A DNA stretch of 64,000 nt, taken from Octopus sinensis. Taxonomy: Eukaryota. Location: the NCBI RefSeq assembly GCF_006345805.1, contig NW_021835457.1, forward strand, positions 1-64,000, in the 5' to 3' direction. A program made the position numbers and the translations under genes. This document shows, in pieces, positions 11,695-22,741 of the stretch. Each line of letters begins with the position of its first letter. Position 1 is the first letter of the stretch. Under the pieces are notes generated by a model. The model ran no database searches. It saw only the letters and a program-made list of their open reading frames with translations, and was not told the origin of the DNA.

Positions 11695-14213
11695 TCTTAA
11701 TAATAAAATGGTATGGTGTGTGTCTGTCTGTCTGTGCACACCCACATTCAAATTGTTACAAACCAGATCAAATTGTCAAAACCTTCCCTTTTGTAGTTAT
11801 TCGATAATGAGGCACAATAAAAGGTTGATATCCTCTAAGAACCTTCCTGTCAAAAAATTTTAATAAGAAAGAATATCCTCGATGATGAGGTCCCCCAAAA
11901 CCTTCAAGTCAATTTTCTGCGTTTTTGTTAAAATGAACAACAAGAAAGTCCTCGACTCACATGATGTGGTCCCCCAAAACCTTCAAGCTAAAAAATTAAA
12001 AAAATTATTTTCTGCGTTTTTGTTAAAATGAACAACAAGAAAGTCCTCGACTCACATGATGTGGTCCACCAAAACCTTCAAGCCAAAAAATTAAAAAAAA
12101 TTATTTTCTGCGTTTTTGTTAAAATGAACAACAAGAAAGTCCTCGACTCACATGATGTGGTCCCCCAAAACCTTCAAGCCAAAAAATTAAAAAAATTATT
12201 TTCTGCGTTTTTGTTAAAATGAACAACAAGAAAGTCCTCGACTCACATGATGTGGTCCCTCAAAACCTTCAAGCCAAAAAATTAAAAAAAATTATTTTCT
12301 GCGTTTTTGTTAAAATGAACAACAAGAAAGTCCTCGACTCACATGATGTGGTCCCTCAAAACCTTCAAGCCAAAAAATTAAAAAAAATTATTTTCTGCGT
12401 TTTTGTTAAAATGAACAACAAGAAAGTCCTCGACTCACATGATGTGGTCCCCCAAAACCTTCAAGCCCAAAAATTAAAAAAAAATATTTTCTGCGTTTTT
12501 GTTAAAATGAACGACAAGAAAGTCCTCGACTCACATGATGAGGTCCTCCACAACCTTCAAGCCTCGTGAGGCCATTAATTAGCTTAGCTATCTTTTTTCG
12601 ATGACATAAATTCTTTTTGTTAAATTTTCGTTAAAAAAATAAAATAAAAGCTCTAATTGTTATCGACCATGAATAGACTGTGCAATTATCAGATTTTGAA
12701 AACCACTAAAAAGGAAAAGGCAAAAATTATTAGAGATTTACATAATTGATTCTTTTTAACTGCCGAAACTGACAAATTCGATTATGCTACTGTTTAGATT
12801 TCTTAAAAGATAGAGGCAAATAAAATTTAAATTAGTCATGTAAATTTCAATTTGCCTATATTTAAATCTCCTTGATTTAACAGGCTTTAATTTTTTTCCT
12901 TATAATACTACAAAGATGAAGCTGATTATCATTTTCTTTACCGAAACAGACAAGTTCGATTATGCTAAAGTTTCAATTCCTTTAAACATAGAGGCAATTA
13001 AGTATAATGGCTTTGATTGGATAATACACTTTACATAAATTTCACTAAATAAATTTACGTAGAAAATTTAATATAAATTACTGATTCGCGTTTACAAAAT
13101 CATAAGAATGTCCTATAAATAGAGATCTGAGAATGTTAACAAACAAGAGATATGAACCATATAACAAAAAAAGAGAAACGAGGGAAGATGTGCTTAAATG
13201 GTGAGGGAACTTAGACAACAGCTGAACAAGGTCAGGACTGCTGTTAGACTCAACTACGGGTAATAGAATTATGCATTCTAGGTTAATTGTTTGGGATGAA
13301 TGTACGATGGCTCATAAAGGCGCATTCAAGCAGTTGACCGAACATATAGAGATATCAAGAATTGTAGCGACCATTTGTTTGGGGGAGCATTAGTTGTATT
13401 GGCAGGTGATTTTAGACAGACGCTGCCAATTATTCAAAGAGGGACGCCTGCGGATGAATTGAATGCCTGCCTCAAATCGTCATATTTGTGGACACACGTG
13501 AAAAAGGTAAGCTTAGATGTAAATGTACATGCACATTTACAAGGCGTTAATAGCATATTCCCACAAATCCTTCTAGATATTGGAAATGGGGCAATCACTT
13601 CAGAAATGCACGACCAGAAAATTAGGCTACCGGAAGAATTATGTATTTTCGTAGAAACAGCAGAAGAATTATTGAATGCCGTCTATTCCGAACTATCTGA
13701 ACACTACGTGAATTTCGACTGGCTGCGTGAACGAGCTATATTAGCTCCACTTAATGATGAGGTACTTAATATAAATTTAGATTTATTAATGAAAATCCCT
13801 GGCAGAGAAAGAATATATAAATCGGTCGACGTTATTATGGACCATGAAAGGGCCTGCGATAGATTTAAGAGACTACAATTTCCGCTGAAGATAAGTTTTG
13901 CTATGACAATAAACAAGGCCCAGGGACAGTCTTTAAAGGTAGTAGGCTTATTTTTAGAGAACGAGTGCTTTTCACATGGCCAGCTGTATGTGGGGTGCTC
14001 AAGGGTAGGTAGAAGAGAAATTTATTTATATTTGCCAAGGATGGACGGACTGCAAACATCGTTTATCCACAGGCCTTAGAATAAGGTTATATCAAAGCAG
14101 GTCGCATTTATATATCTACATAAATTTATAGTTATTTAAGGAAACTGCGAGCGTAGCGAGCAGGGCCTCCGCAGGAGCTAGCTCGCAGTGAGCGAAGCGA
14201 ACTGCTGAGCTAG
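11695..14213 (+). mobile_element. Non-autonomous Helitron, copy 2 (diverged subfamily)
   Basis: A|TCTTAATAATAAAATGG at 11695 and ...gagcgaagcgaactgctgagCTAG|T at 14213. It carries an internally deleted helicase (LIVWDECTMAH...FGGALVVLAGDFRQTLP...KRLQFPL, ~13290-14079) and a minisatellite. Confidence 0.92.
11900..12565. repeat. ~96-bp minisatellite in Helitron 2 (about 7 units)
   Basis: atgaacaacaagaaagtcctcgactcacatgatgtggtccccc... recurs at 12028, 12124 and 12219. It is homologous to, but diverged from, the units in copies 1 and 3. Confidence 0.95.
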
Positions 14214-14287
14214 TTTATAATATTATAGGTGCATTCTTAAAAATACTAATTATTTGATTAATAAAATTTTAATAATAAATTGATTAG

Positions 14288-14460
14288 AGATAAGAGGTCC
14301 CCTTTCAACATCTGTGTCGTGCCAGATGCACTCGTCGCCTCACGGTGGGAACAGTGACAAGACTTGACCCCAACTGGAAACTTGCGTCCTTCGGGATAGA
14401 ACCCACGACCTTTGTATTCCGACATCCAAGCATAGTCTTCAGCCCCGTTGGCTAAAGAAT
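14288..14460 (-). mobile_element. tRNA-derived SINE (head plus core)
   Basis: The minus strand has an A-box-like TAGCCAACGG (14445-14454) and a B-box-like GGTTCTATCCC (14393-14403). The core ctgtgtcgtgccaga..actcgtcgcctc is shared with 28256-28365 and 36085-36215. Confidence 0.7.
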
Positions 14461-14519
14461 GATTATTAATAGAGACGCATTATTTGGTGGTCTTGAATAG
14501 ATTTTATTCAGGTCTTGGG

Positions 14520-15005
14520 TAGCATCGTCTTCGAAAAAGAATCCGCATTTATTAGAACATCAACATCCGTTTATAGTTCATATAAAAACCTCACACTAAA
14601 GAATATTTAGATATTTGTTAAAATAGCATGGAAAGATGTATCGCAACGTATCATTTCAAATTGTTTCGGAATTCTAAATAATGATGATGTGAAAAATAAA
14701 TCAGAAGATAGTATACCTATAAAAAGAAAAGTATTTTTGATTTGCTAACTGAAGTAGTTTCAGTCGTGAAACGAGCTGGCTTTTTCACGGATATCGTTCG
14801 CGATATTACATGGAAATTGCCTGTACAAATCCCTCTGTGATTCATCTAATTTAGTTAACTTCTCTTTTTCTTGTAGAAAATATAGCGCCGAACGAAAAAA
14901 GTTTCTTTGAAAAATTGTCGATTTTATTCTTTGATTGGCCATTTCTCAAATTGGCTAACAAATTGAAGAAACCAAAAATTGCCAATTTGAGAGGTTTATT
15001 AATTA
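14520..15005 (+). mobile_element. pogo/Tigger-like remnant (3' end and TIR)
   Basis: The terminal segment ttggccatttctcaaattggc...aattgccaatttgagaggttt is the reverse complement of the Tigger-like end at ~21617-21700. Confidence 0.55.
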
Positions 15006-16139
15006 TATAATAATAGTAAAAAGAAGTTAACCGAAAGTCCATACAAGGCAGTTCTGGTTGGGATTGTACGATACGTGCCTGTACCGATCTTACTCTGAGG
15101 CATACAAATATTGGAAGACATTGGAAGCAGTATTTTAACCATTTTTGCAGAAATATTATTCCTACTACTAGCTTGTCCAGTACAACAACGCAACAATCCT
15201 GGCCTGAATCACTAATTGTGATTCTTTCTCTCATATTTGTATTCACATTAAAAGAGGATTATTCTAAGCCAGTATGACAAATATAACTAAGAGGGTGATT
15301 CGATAGCTCATTAACTAAAACTCTCCATCAGGGGGGATAAATTGGATCACATTCTGCTCTCAAAATCAGCCAAGGAGACACACTAGTGAAACTTGACGTC
15401 CTCCAACATGACAGAATCTTGATTAGGAATCACACAATCAACCAAAATTAGGCCTCTGTTCTCCATTTTAAAACAAATGAGACAGTTCAGGCATTCCAGT
15501 AAGTTGAGTTTAAGCAGTCCTGTGCCGTAGTTACGCACAACATTCCCATTTGAGTTGATAAGGACATTACTCTTCTCAACAACATCCAAATAGCACGTGT
15601 TGTTGGAGTACTAGTGTCCTCCAAGACACGGAATCTCTCACCGAAGTAAAATATTACGGGTCGGTGATTTGGGGGATTCCTGACGAGTTCTTCTAATAGT
15701 TCATAGATCAATTGGCAGTTATCAATTTCCGCAATGTCGGTAAAATCACGGAAATAGTGTTGGAATACACATATTATAGGAATTCAAAGCACATTGCTGT
15801 ATTTGTGTTGGTGTGCGTGAGAACGACGACCAGGGGTGATATTGTCATAGTACAGTAATAATTATTGTTTTTTATATATAATTAATGTCACCGTCTTGAA
15901 GGGACCCCCAGGGTTGAACGGAAAATTAAGAATTAAAAAGGCAAAAGTAAATGGCAGGCATAAATTATATGTAAAAATAGTATTTTAATTATTTTTATAA
16001 TAATTCTAATGTTTAATTTATTATTTTAGAATGGCTTGTCTAAATTTTTATTTTTTACATATCAAATTATGACATGCGATGCGACTTGTGACCTTACTCA
16101 TGAGCGAGTTCAACAAATTATCGAATATTTGAGGAATGG

Positions 16140-19100
16140 AACATATCCCGATCCTTGTTCTCAATCGAAAAGAATTTTCGGAAGACCGCCAAACGATTTG
16201 TATTAAAACGATTTGAATCTCCCGAGATATTATACTATCGTGCTGCACCTGGAGTGTTATTGCGTGTTTTTTCTTCATCTGAGATGAATGAAAAAATCCA
16301 ATTCATCTATGAAGTACAACAAAATCAATGGTCATCCCGGGCGTGATAGACTAATGGGTCTATTAAAAAAAATTGTTTATGGAGTTAACAGACGTGAAGT
16401 TATGAGGGTTTTGCAATCTTGCCCGATATGCAAGGCCAAAAATTTAATGAATACAACCCCGTAATACAGCCAATCCGGCATTTTCAGTAAAGAGAGATAC
16501 ATTTTTGACCTTATTGATCTTCGTCATTATTAGGGCAATTTTTTTCAGGCACTTAAAATTTATTTTTAGGACCTTAAAAATAGGCATTTTAGACTTTATT
16601 TTTAATTTTTAGGACTTTATTCTACATTTTTAGGCACATTTTAATAAGGTATTAAATCAAAAAGTCGTAAAAAATTATTTGTTATAGTAGGTATTAAATA
16701 ATTTTTGACATTTTCCGCATTGAAACCTCTATCTTTAGTAATTAATTTTTTAAGCATAGAAAATGCTCTTTCAACGGTTGATGATGTACACTGACATTTT
16801 CTTATTAGTCCATATTCTTCAGGGAGATATTACTTTTCTCCATTTCTATAATTGATTCTATGTCATTTTTGTGTAATCTTTTTTGTATGTATTCATTTAT
16901 TTCTGCATTATCAGACGGAAATTTTAAACAACAAAGATCTGAATGTGCATCATTTATTGTATAACTTGTGGATTCCATTTTTTTCAATATTTGATTAAGT
17001 ATCTGATAATTTTCATTTATTTCCATTAGACTTTTTCTTAAGGTTGGCGATTCAATTGCTTGTTTTACTTTTTTAACTAATATTCCGTCGTCTTTGAAAT
17101 TCTCCACAATTTCAGCAATTGATACAAAATTATTTGCATAATAGTATGCTGCTTGCAGCCAACTACCCCATCTAGTTATGATGACGTCGGGCGGATAACC
17201 AATTGTAGAAAACATTTTTTTTCTAGTTTTGTTTTTCACTATTGATGTCTTTATAGTCGCAATAATTATCAACGTCCGAATAATACGCCTTTACTCTGAG
17301 ACAGCAATTATGTAACAAATGTGCAACACATGTTACATGGAACATCCTAGGATAAAGCATTTTCAATGTTTTTCCGGCTAAAAATAATTCAACAAACTAC
17401 CCAAAATCATATACGGGGCTGCATCAGAAAGAAAAAGAAGAAAATTATTGCGTATAATCTCGAATTTTTTAATCTCTTCATCGATAATCTGAAGAATTGT
17501 GTTAGCAGTTACAGATTCATAAAGGTTCACACGAAATTAAATAGGTCTTCTCTGGATAAGCGATATTCCCAATGAGAACAACTACAAACTTCTGTCCATT
17601 TACGTCACCCTCGTCAACAACCATAAAAATCTTTTGAGATCTAAAAATTAATCATTTGTTAACCTTAGATCACTTTTATACTTGGATAATTTTTGTTCAC
17701 TGATTGCAGGAATACAATTGCGACAGGCTGACTGGGAAGGAAGCGAAATATTCAATTTTCAAACAATCCCTTTAAGCTTGGATTATTGAGCTTATGAAGA
17801 GGAATGTTTGCTTCAGAAAAGGCTTTGGCAACTTCCATCGGCATACTCTGAAAGTCTTCCGTTTCGGTTTGACCGTTGAATAGGGAATCTAAGGATTGTT
17901 GGAATCCTTCATTGTTATCTAAAAAAAATAATTTTAAATTACTCAAAAGCTTTAGATGTTTTGTAGATTGTCTATGCTGATCAATATAATATTTTTTTGA
18001 TGCATTGACGTAGATCATACATATTTTACAATATAGACTGCCTTTAATCACTGTGAATTCTTTTACGTAAGTTTCATAGGCTTTTAGAGCTTTAGACTTT
18101 ATTGTAGAACGTACACGTGGCATTTGAACACAAAAAAGTAATTTATAGCGTGCCTAATTTGTTATTTTTAAAATATTTTTTTGTAACATTTAAAATAATT
18201 TATTTTAAAAATTTTTAAGACCTTAAAAAATTTTTAGGACCTTAAAAAATTTTTAGGACCTTAACAATTTTTTAAGCATTTAAGGCATTTATAACTCGTT
18301 GTAGATAAATCTATTTTAATTAAATTATAGCTTAAATTAATTATTTAAATAAATAGACCTTTTGGTGCAAAAAGGCATTTTAGGCAAAAAATTGCCCTAG
18401 TCATTATACTGATTCAATCAGGCTATTCTGGTTGTTAGTAGCTGGATTCATTTTCAAAATTTTGTTGGAATAGTCCTTTAAAAACAAAAGAGCCAAAGAA
18501 GTTATAGAGAAAAATCAGGATGTTATTCTATTTTTGGGAACCCTTAATTTTGCACACGGATATGGAAAAGAGTTTGTTAACTCCACTGCAATAGAAATGT
18601 GCAATGCATTTAATATAAAACACGTACGCGGAAGAAGAGCAGATGTCCCTGGGCTCAAGGCCAATTGAACGCTGAATCACCCTCAAAAATATGCTCTCAT
18701 CTACCGGCATATCTACAGGGAATAACTATAATTGGTGCGGAATTCTGCGAGAAATAACGAGTGCATACAATAATATGGTACATTCAACTACGAAAAACAC
18801 TCCTTTTCGACTAATGTTTTGACCCTCTGCTAGCGAAACAATTTATCTGCATTATTCAGAGCCTGAAATTAATCAATTATTGGGAGAGATTGATTCTTTG
18901 AATAATACAGAAATCAGTCCAGAGCTTGAAATAGAATATTCTAAATGGATCTTTAAAGTTAAAGAGGAAGATCTTTGTCTGGCGATAAAAAGTTCGGACA
19001 AGGCAGCGGAAAAGATGGCTAGGCGAAGAAAATGGGCCAACGATGTTGAAGTATACGAGGTTGGCATGAAAGTAGTGCGAAAAGTCTTCGTGGATTCAAA

Positions 19101-19190
19101 TATACACACCAGAAAAGGGAATTTAACGAACACATTGACGTTAACATCTACGAAGTGGTGGAAATTCTACCATCCGGACAGATCATAATA
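16140..19190 (+). mobile_element. Ginger2/TDD-like integrase element, interrupted by a hAT at 16531-18399
   Basis: HHCC-type region HPGRDRL...RVLQSCPICK, then YIFDLIDLRHY| hAT |TDSIRLFWLLVA..DSFSKF...GKEFVN...KHVRGRR...AYNNMVHSTTKNTPF, with multiple frameshifts. Confidence 0.8.
16531..18399 (-). mobile_element. hAT transposon with CGGBP1-like (BED finger) transposase, copy 1
   Basis: TIRs TAGGGCAATTTTT / AAAAATTGCCCTA and a perfect 8-bp TSD GTCATTAT (16523-30, 18400-07). Subterminal aggaccttaaaa repeats. ORF pieces MPRVRS...LYCKICMIYV..KKYYIDQHRQSTKH and PPDVIITRWGSWLQAAYYY. Confidence 0.92.
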
Positions 19191-20467
19191 AAATCTGAAA
19201 CAACTGGAGAGATCTTCGAAGAAAATGACAGAAATATGTCCATAATTCGTACATTATGAATTGACAAATTTAATTTTATAAATGGGTTTACGATTGGTTA
19301 CTTTACTTTAAAAATAAAATTAAAGAAAGGTTTCTGAAGGATTTTTATAATTTTAATATACTTTTGTTTTTAACTATATATAATTGGCTTTGTAAATTGT
19401 AATGACATTCATTTGAAATATTTATTATATTATTTATAATTAGTCTATTTATTTTTCTGAAATTAAGGCAGTACTACCAATTCCTCTGTATTCCCCATTT
19501 TATCTAAGCAACATTTATTTTATAATAATTTTACTCACAATAAAATTTTAGCAAAAGATAATTTCATTTTAAATCATTAAGTCTAAATTAATAATGTTCC
19601 TGTTGGCTGTAAAAATATTGACTGTCCCCGAAACATGGACGATTGCCTGTTCCACGAGAATTGTACCTTTTTTGCTACGTGATTAATTAAACTATGAAGG
19701 GAAGGGAACAGCCACGTGAGAATTCTCCCGCCTTCAGTCACCAGGACAATGCCATATACTCTTTCCGAATGTCGATACTTCTTACATTTGAAATATGTTT
19801 TTATAAACTAGTCTTTAATACTGAAAATCTAGGGACGAAAGATATATTAAAAAGAATAAAATACACATTTATCTTTTATTTTCGTTTCTGTTTATTGAAC
19901 GTTCTTTAAAAAGTAATATCTAAAGATTTTATTTGACTAAAATATCATCTCTAAACAGAAATTTTGGATTTAAAATAAAAGTCCAAATTTAAAAACTCTA
20001 AATCAAAAACGAGAATTTTTTAATTTTTAGTTTTTTCATTTATCCCCAGAAGATAATCTTTTATATAAGTTGGATTGAATTCTTATGTCTTGTACATTTT
20101 TCGGTAGCTTATATGTCTTATTTATTAGGATCAAAAACACTGTCATAACCATAATTAACTATTTCAGGTGATCCCAGCCTCTTTTAGAAACCTTCTCATC
20201 TTTTCTCTGTGTTCTACAGCGCATCGTCTAAGAGGTCGGGGATCCCAAAAATGGATTTTTTCCTGAGGTCTCCACAGTTTTCTTTCACGATTTCTTCTAG
20301 TCCTTTTGGTTGATTTTTGTTCCCCGTCTTGATAAAAAACATTTATCTTCCGATAAAAACAAAATAATTCAAAGACGATGTATTGTTGTAAAAATATCAG
20401 GAAGTGTCCAAATAATCTCCAGGGGCCGTCTATAATGTCATAGCGCAGAGTTGTTGAGCCTGTAGAG

Positions 20468-21150
20468 CAGTGGTTCTCAACCTTTTTTGTCCGCGGACCC
20501 CTTGTGAGTAAATGAAAAATTTCGCGGACCCCCTACATATTTCATCTTCATCAAAAACTTCATCAAAAAAGCACTAATAATAATATGAAACAGTTAACAA
20601 ACTTAATTTTATCCACAAAATCAATTATTGTTTCATGTCTTCCCTGAAGCGATTTGTTGAGTGAATTTATATACGAGAGAAGACATCTCTCAAGTAAGCA
20701 AGTTTAGATAGCCTGAACTATCCATTATTTTGAAATAAATTCCGATGATTTGGAATTGTTTTCGCGAATAAAATATTCAGATAATTCATTCCTCAAAGAA
20801 AAAACTCTGGCAAGAATGTTTCCCCGAGATAGCCATCTCACCTCAGTGTGGAATAACAAAGCCTTTCCATCCTTTTCAAATTCTTTGCAAATAAGTCTGA
20901 AAATGCGCGAATTTAAGCACTCTTTTTAATATAATTTATGATATGTACGACATCATCGAGAACATATCTTAAATCTGAAGGTAATGTTTTTTGCAGCAAG
21001 TGCATATCGATGTAGCATACAATGCATATGTTTCGTTTCCTGGTTAGCAAGTCTAACTTGGCCTCTAAAGCCAGAATGAAAGCCAAGCATTGCTGAAGCT
21101 CCATCGTTTGTGCAACAACATACATTATTCCAAGATAACCCAACACTACA
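20468..21150 (-). mobile_element. Buster-type hAT fragment A
   Basis: End CAGTGGTTCTCAACC at 20468. Transposase core GLSWNNVCCCTNDGASAM...MHCMLHRYALA..LP...LFHTEVRWLSRG. Confidence 0.85.
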
Positions 21151-21614
21151 GTGTAGAGCATAGGTTTTCACGAGAAATTTCTCGCGGCGCAAATGCTAAT
21201 AAAAAATAATCTCGCGGCACATAATCAAAAATCAAAACAAATTATAAAATTCCAAATTTATTATTTTTACATAATTTTTTTATGTCTGCTCAATATTTGA
21301 CAAGGCCAGTCGCATTTATCTGATTCTAAATCCAGTAGATTTTCCCGCTTATTGGTTTTATTGTTTTGAAATGCAGAAAATCCCTTTTCACAAAAAGTTT
21401 TGTTGAAAATTGTAGAATGATCCTCATTGCTTTTTTATCTGTTATTTTTGGAAATCTAGAACGAATTTTGATCCAAAATTCGCCAATATTTGATTCTGTA
21501 TGTGATAATTTTAAGGTACGATCATTAAATAGTTCAATAAGCTTCATATTTTCGACGGGTAATAACTCATTACTATGACTAACCAAAAATGGATTCCGTA
21601 TCTAAAACTAAGTG

Positions 21615-22340
21615 ACTCCTCTGAAATTGGCCATTTTTGGTTCCACACGTTTTTTTGTGGTCAATTCGAGAAATGGCCAATTTGAGAAATAAAATCAATC
21701 TTTTGTGTAAATTAAATTTTGAATAGAACAACTTTTATCCAGAAAATTTTAAGTAATTAAGCATTATTAATGTTCTTAAAGTAGAATTGGATGCCCATCT
21801 GCTTTTTTTTTGAGTTTTAATGACATTTTCCTTATAGCGCCTTATGGATGTAATCAATTGAACTTCATGTTCGTTCTCAATGTTTTTTAGGAGCTCGTTT
21901 TCAATTTTAGTTAACTTAACCACAATGTCTTCTTTGTCAATTGAATCATTGGATTCTACTTCAGCTTCTACTTCTTCTTCATTTTTTATATTTTCAATAT
22001 CCTCAACGTCTTGAAATGTATCATTTTCAGAATACGAAAATTACAGTATCCTTTAGAGTTAACTTTTTGTAGGAACTGTATACTGAAATATTTTGCTGTT
22101 CCAACAAATCAGTCAAATACATTAACTTGTGTCGAGTAAAATGTGTTTTAAATGTTTTTATTATACCCAAATCCATAGGTTGAATAAGACCAGTACTATT
22201 TGGAGGAAAAAACAATATTTTTATGTTATCCAAATTTGATGGAACACAATGTGAAGGACAATTGTCCATGAGTAGTAAAATTTGCTTTTTTCAAAATAAT
22301 ATTATTAATTGTTTTTCTGGAAATCTTCTTTTTAAACAAA
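21615..22340 (-). mobile_element. pogo/Tigger DDE transposase remnant
   Basis: MDNCPSH...NIKILFFPPNSTGLIQPMDLGIIKTFK (DDE_1 motifs), with a Tigger-like terminal sequence at ~21617-21700. Confidence 0.85.
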
Positions 22341-22741
22341 TGGGAAAATCTATCAGCCAAATACTGTTATACGCGTACCAGGGCCTAGCTCCTGCAGAGG
22401 GCTATCTATCCTAATATTTGATACATTTTTAAGGAATTTTAAATTAGCATTACTGCACGTTAAATTGTCAATTACTCCAAGCATGTAAATTAAGACGTAA
22501 ATTAAAACATTAATTGTTATATGCACCAAAAAGAGCAAGGGAAAGAAAGGCAGAAATCCCTCAAAAGCACAGGAAACTGAACGAATTTTCAAATTCCAAT
22601 ACATACAAATTCTCGAACTTCATCCCAGGTGTTCAAATCATTTTACAAATTAAAATCCATCCATTAAACTGAGAGTTACGGTGGAACAAACAAACATACA
22701 AACAAACATACAACATTGCGCTTTAATAGGTATATAGATTA

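Noticed and set aside
8470-14213. Autonomous Helitron or host PIF1 gene
   Set aside because: Only C-terminal or internally deleted helicase pieces are present, with no Rep/HUH domain.
14390-14460. tRNA gene
   Set aside because: A and B boxes are present, but I cannot fold a full cloverleaf, and it is attached to a repeated SINE body.
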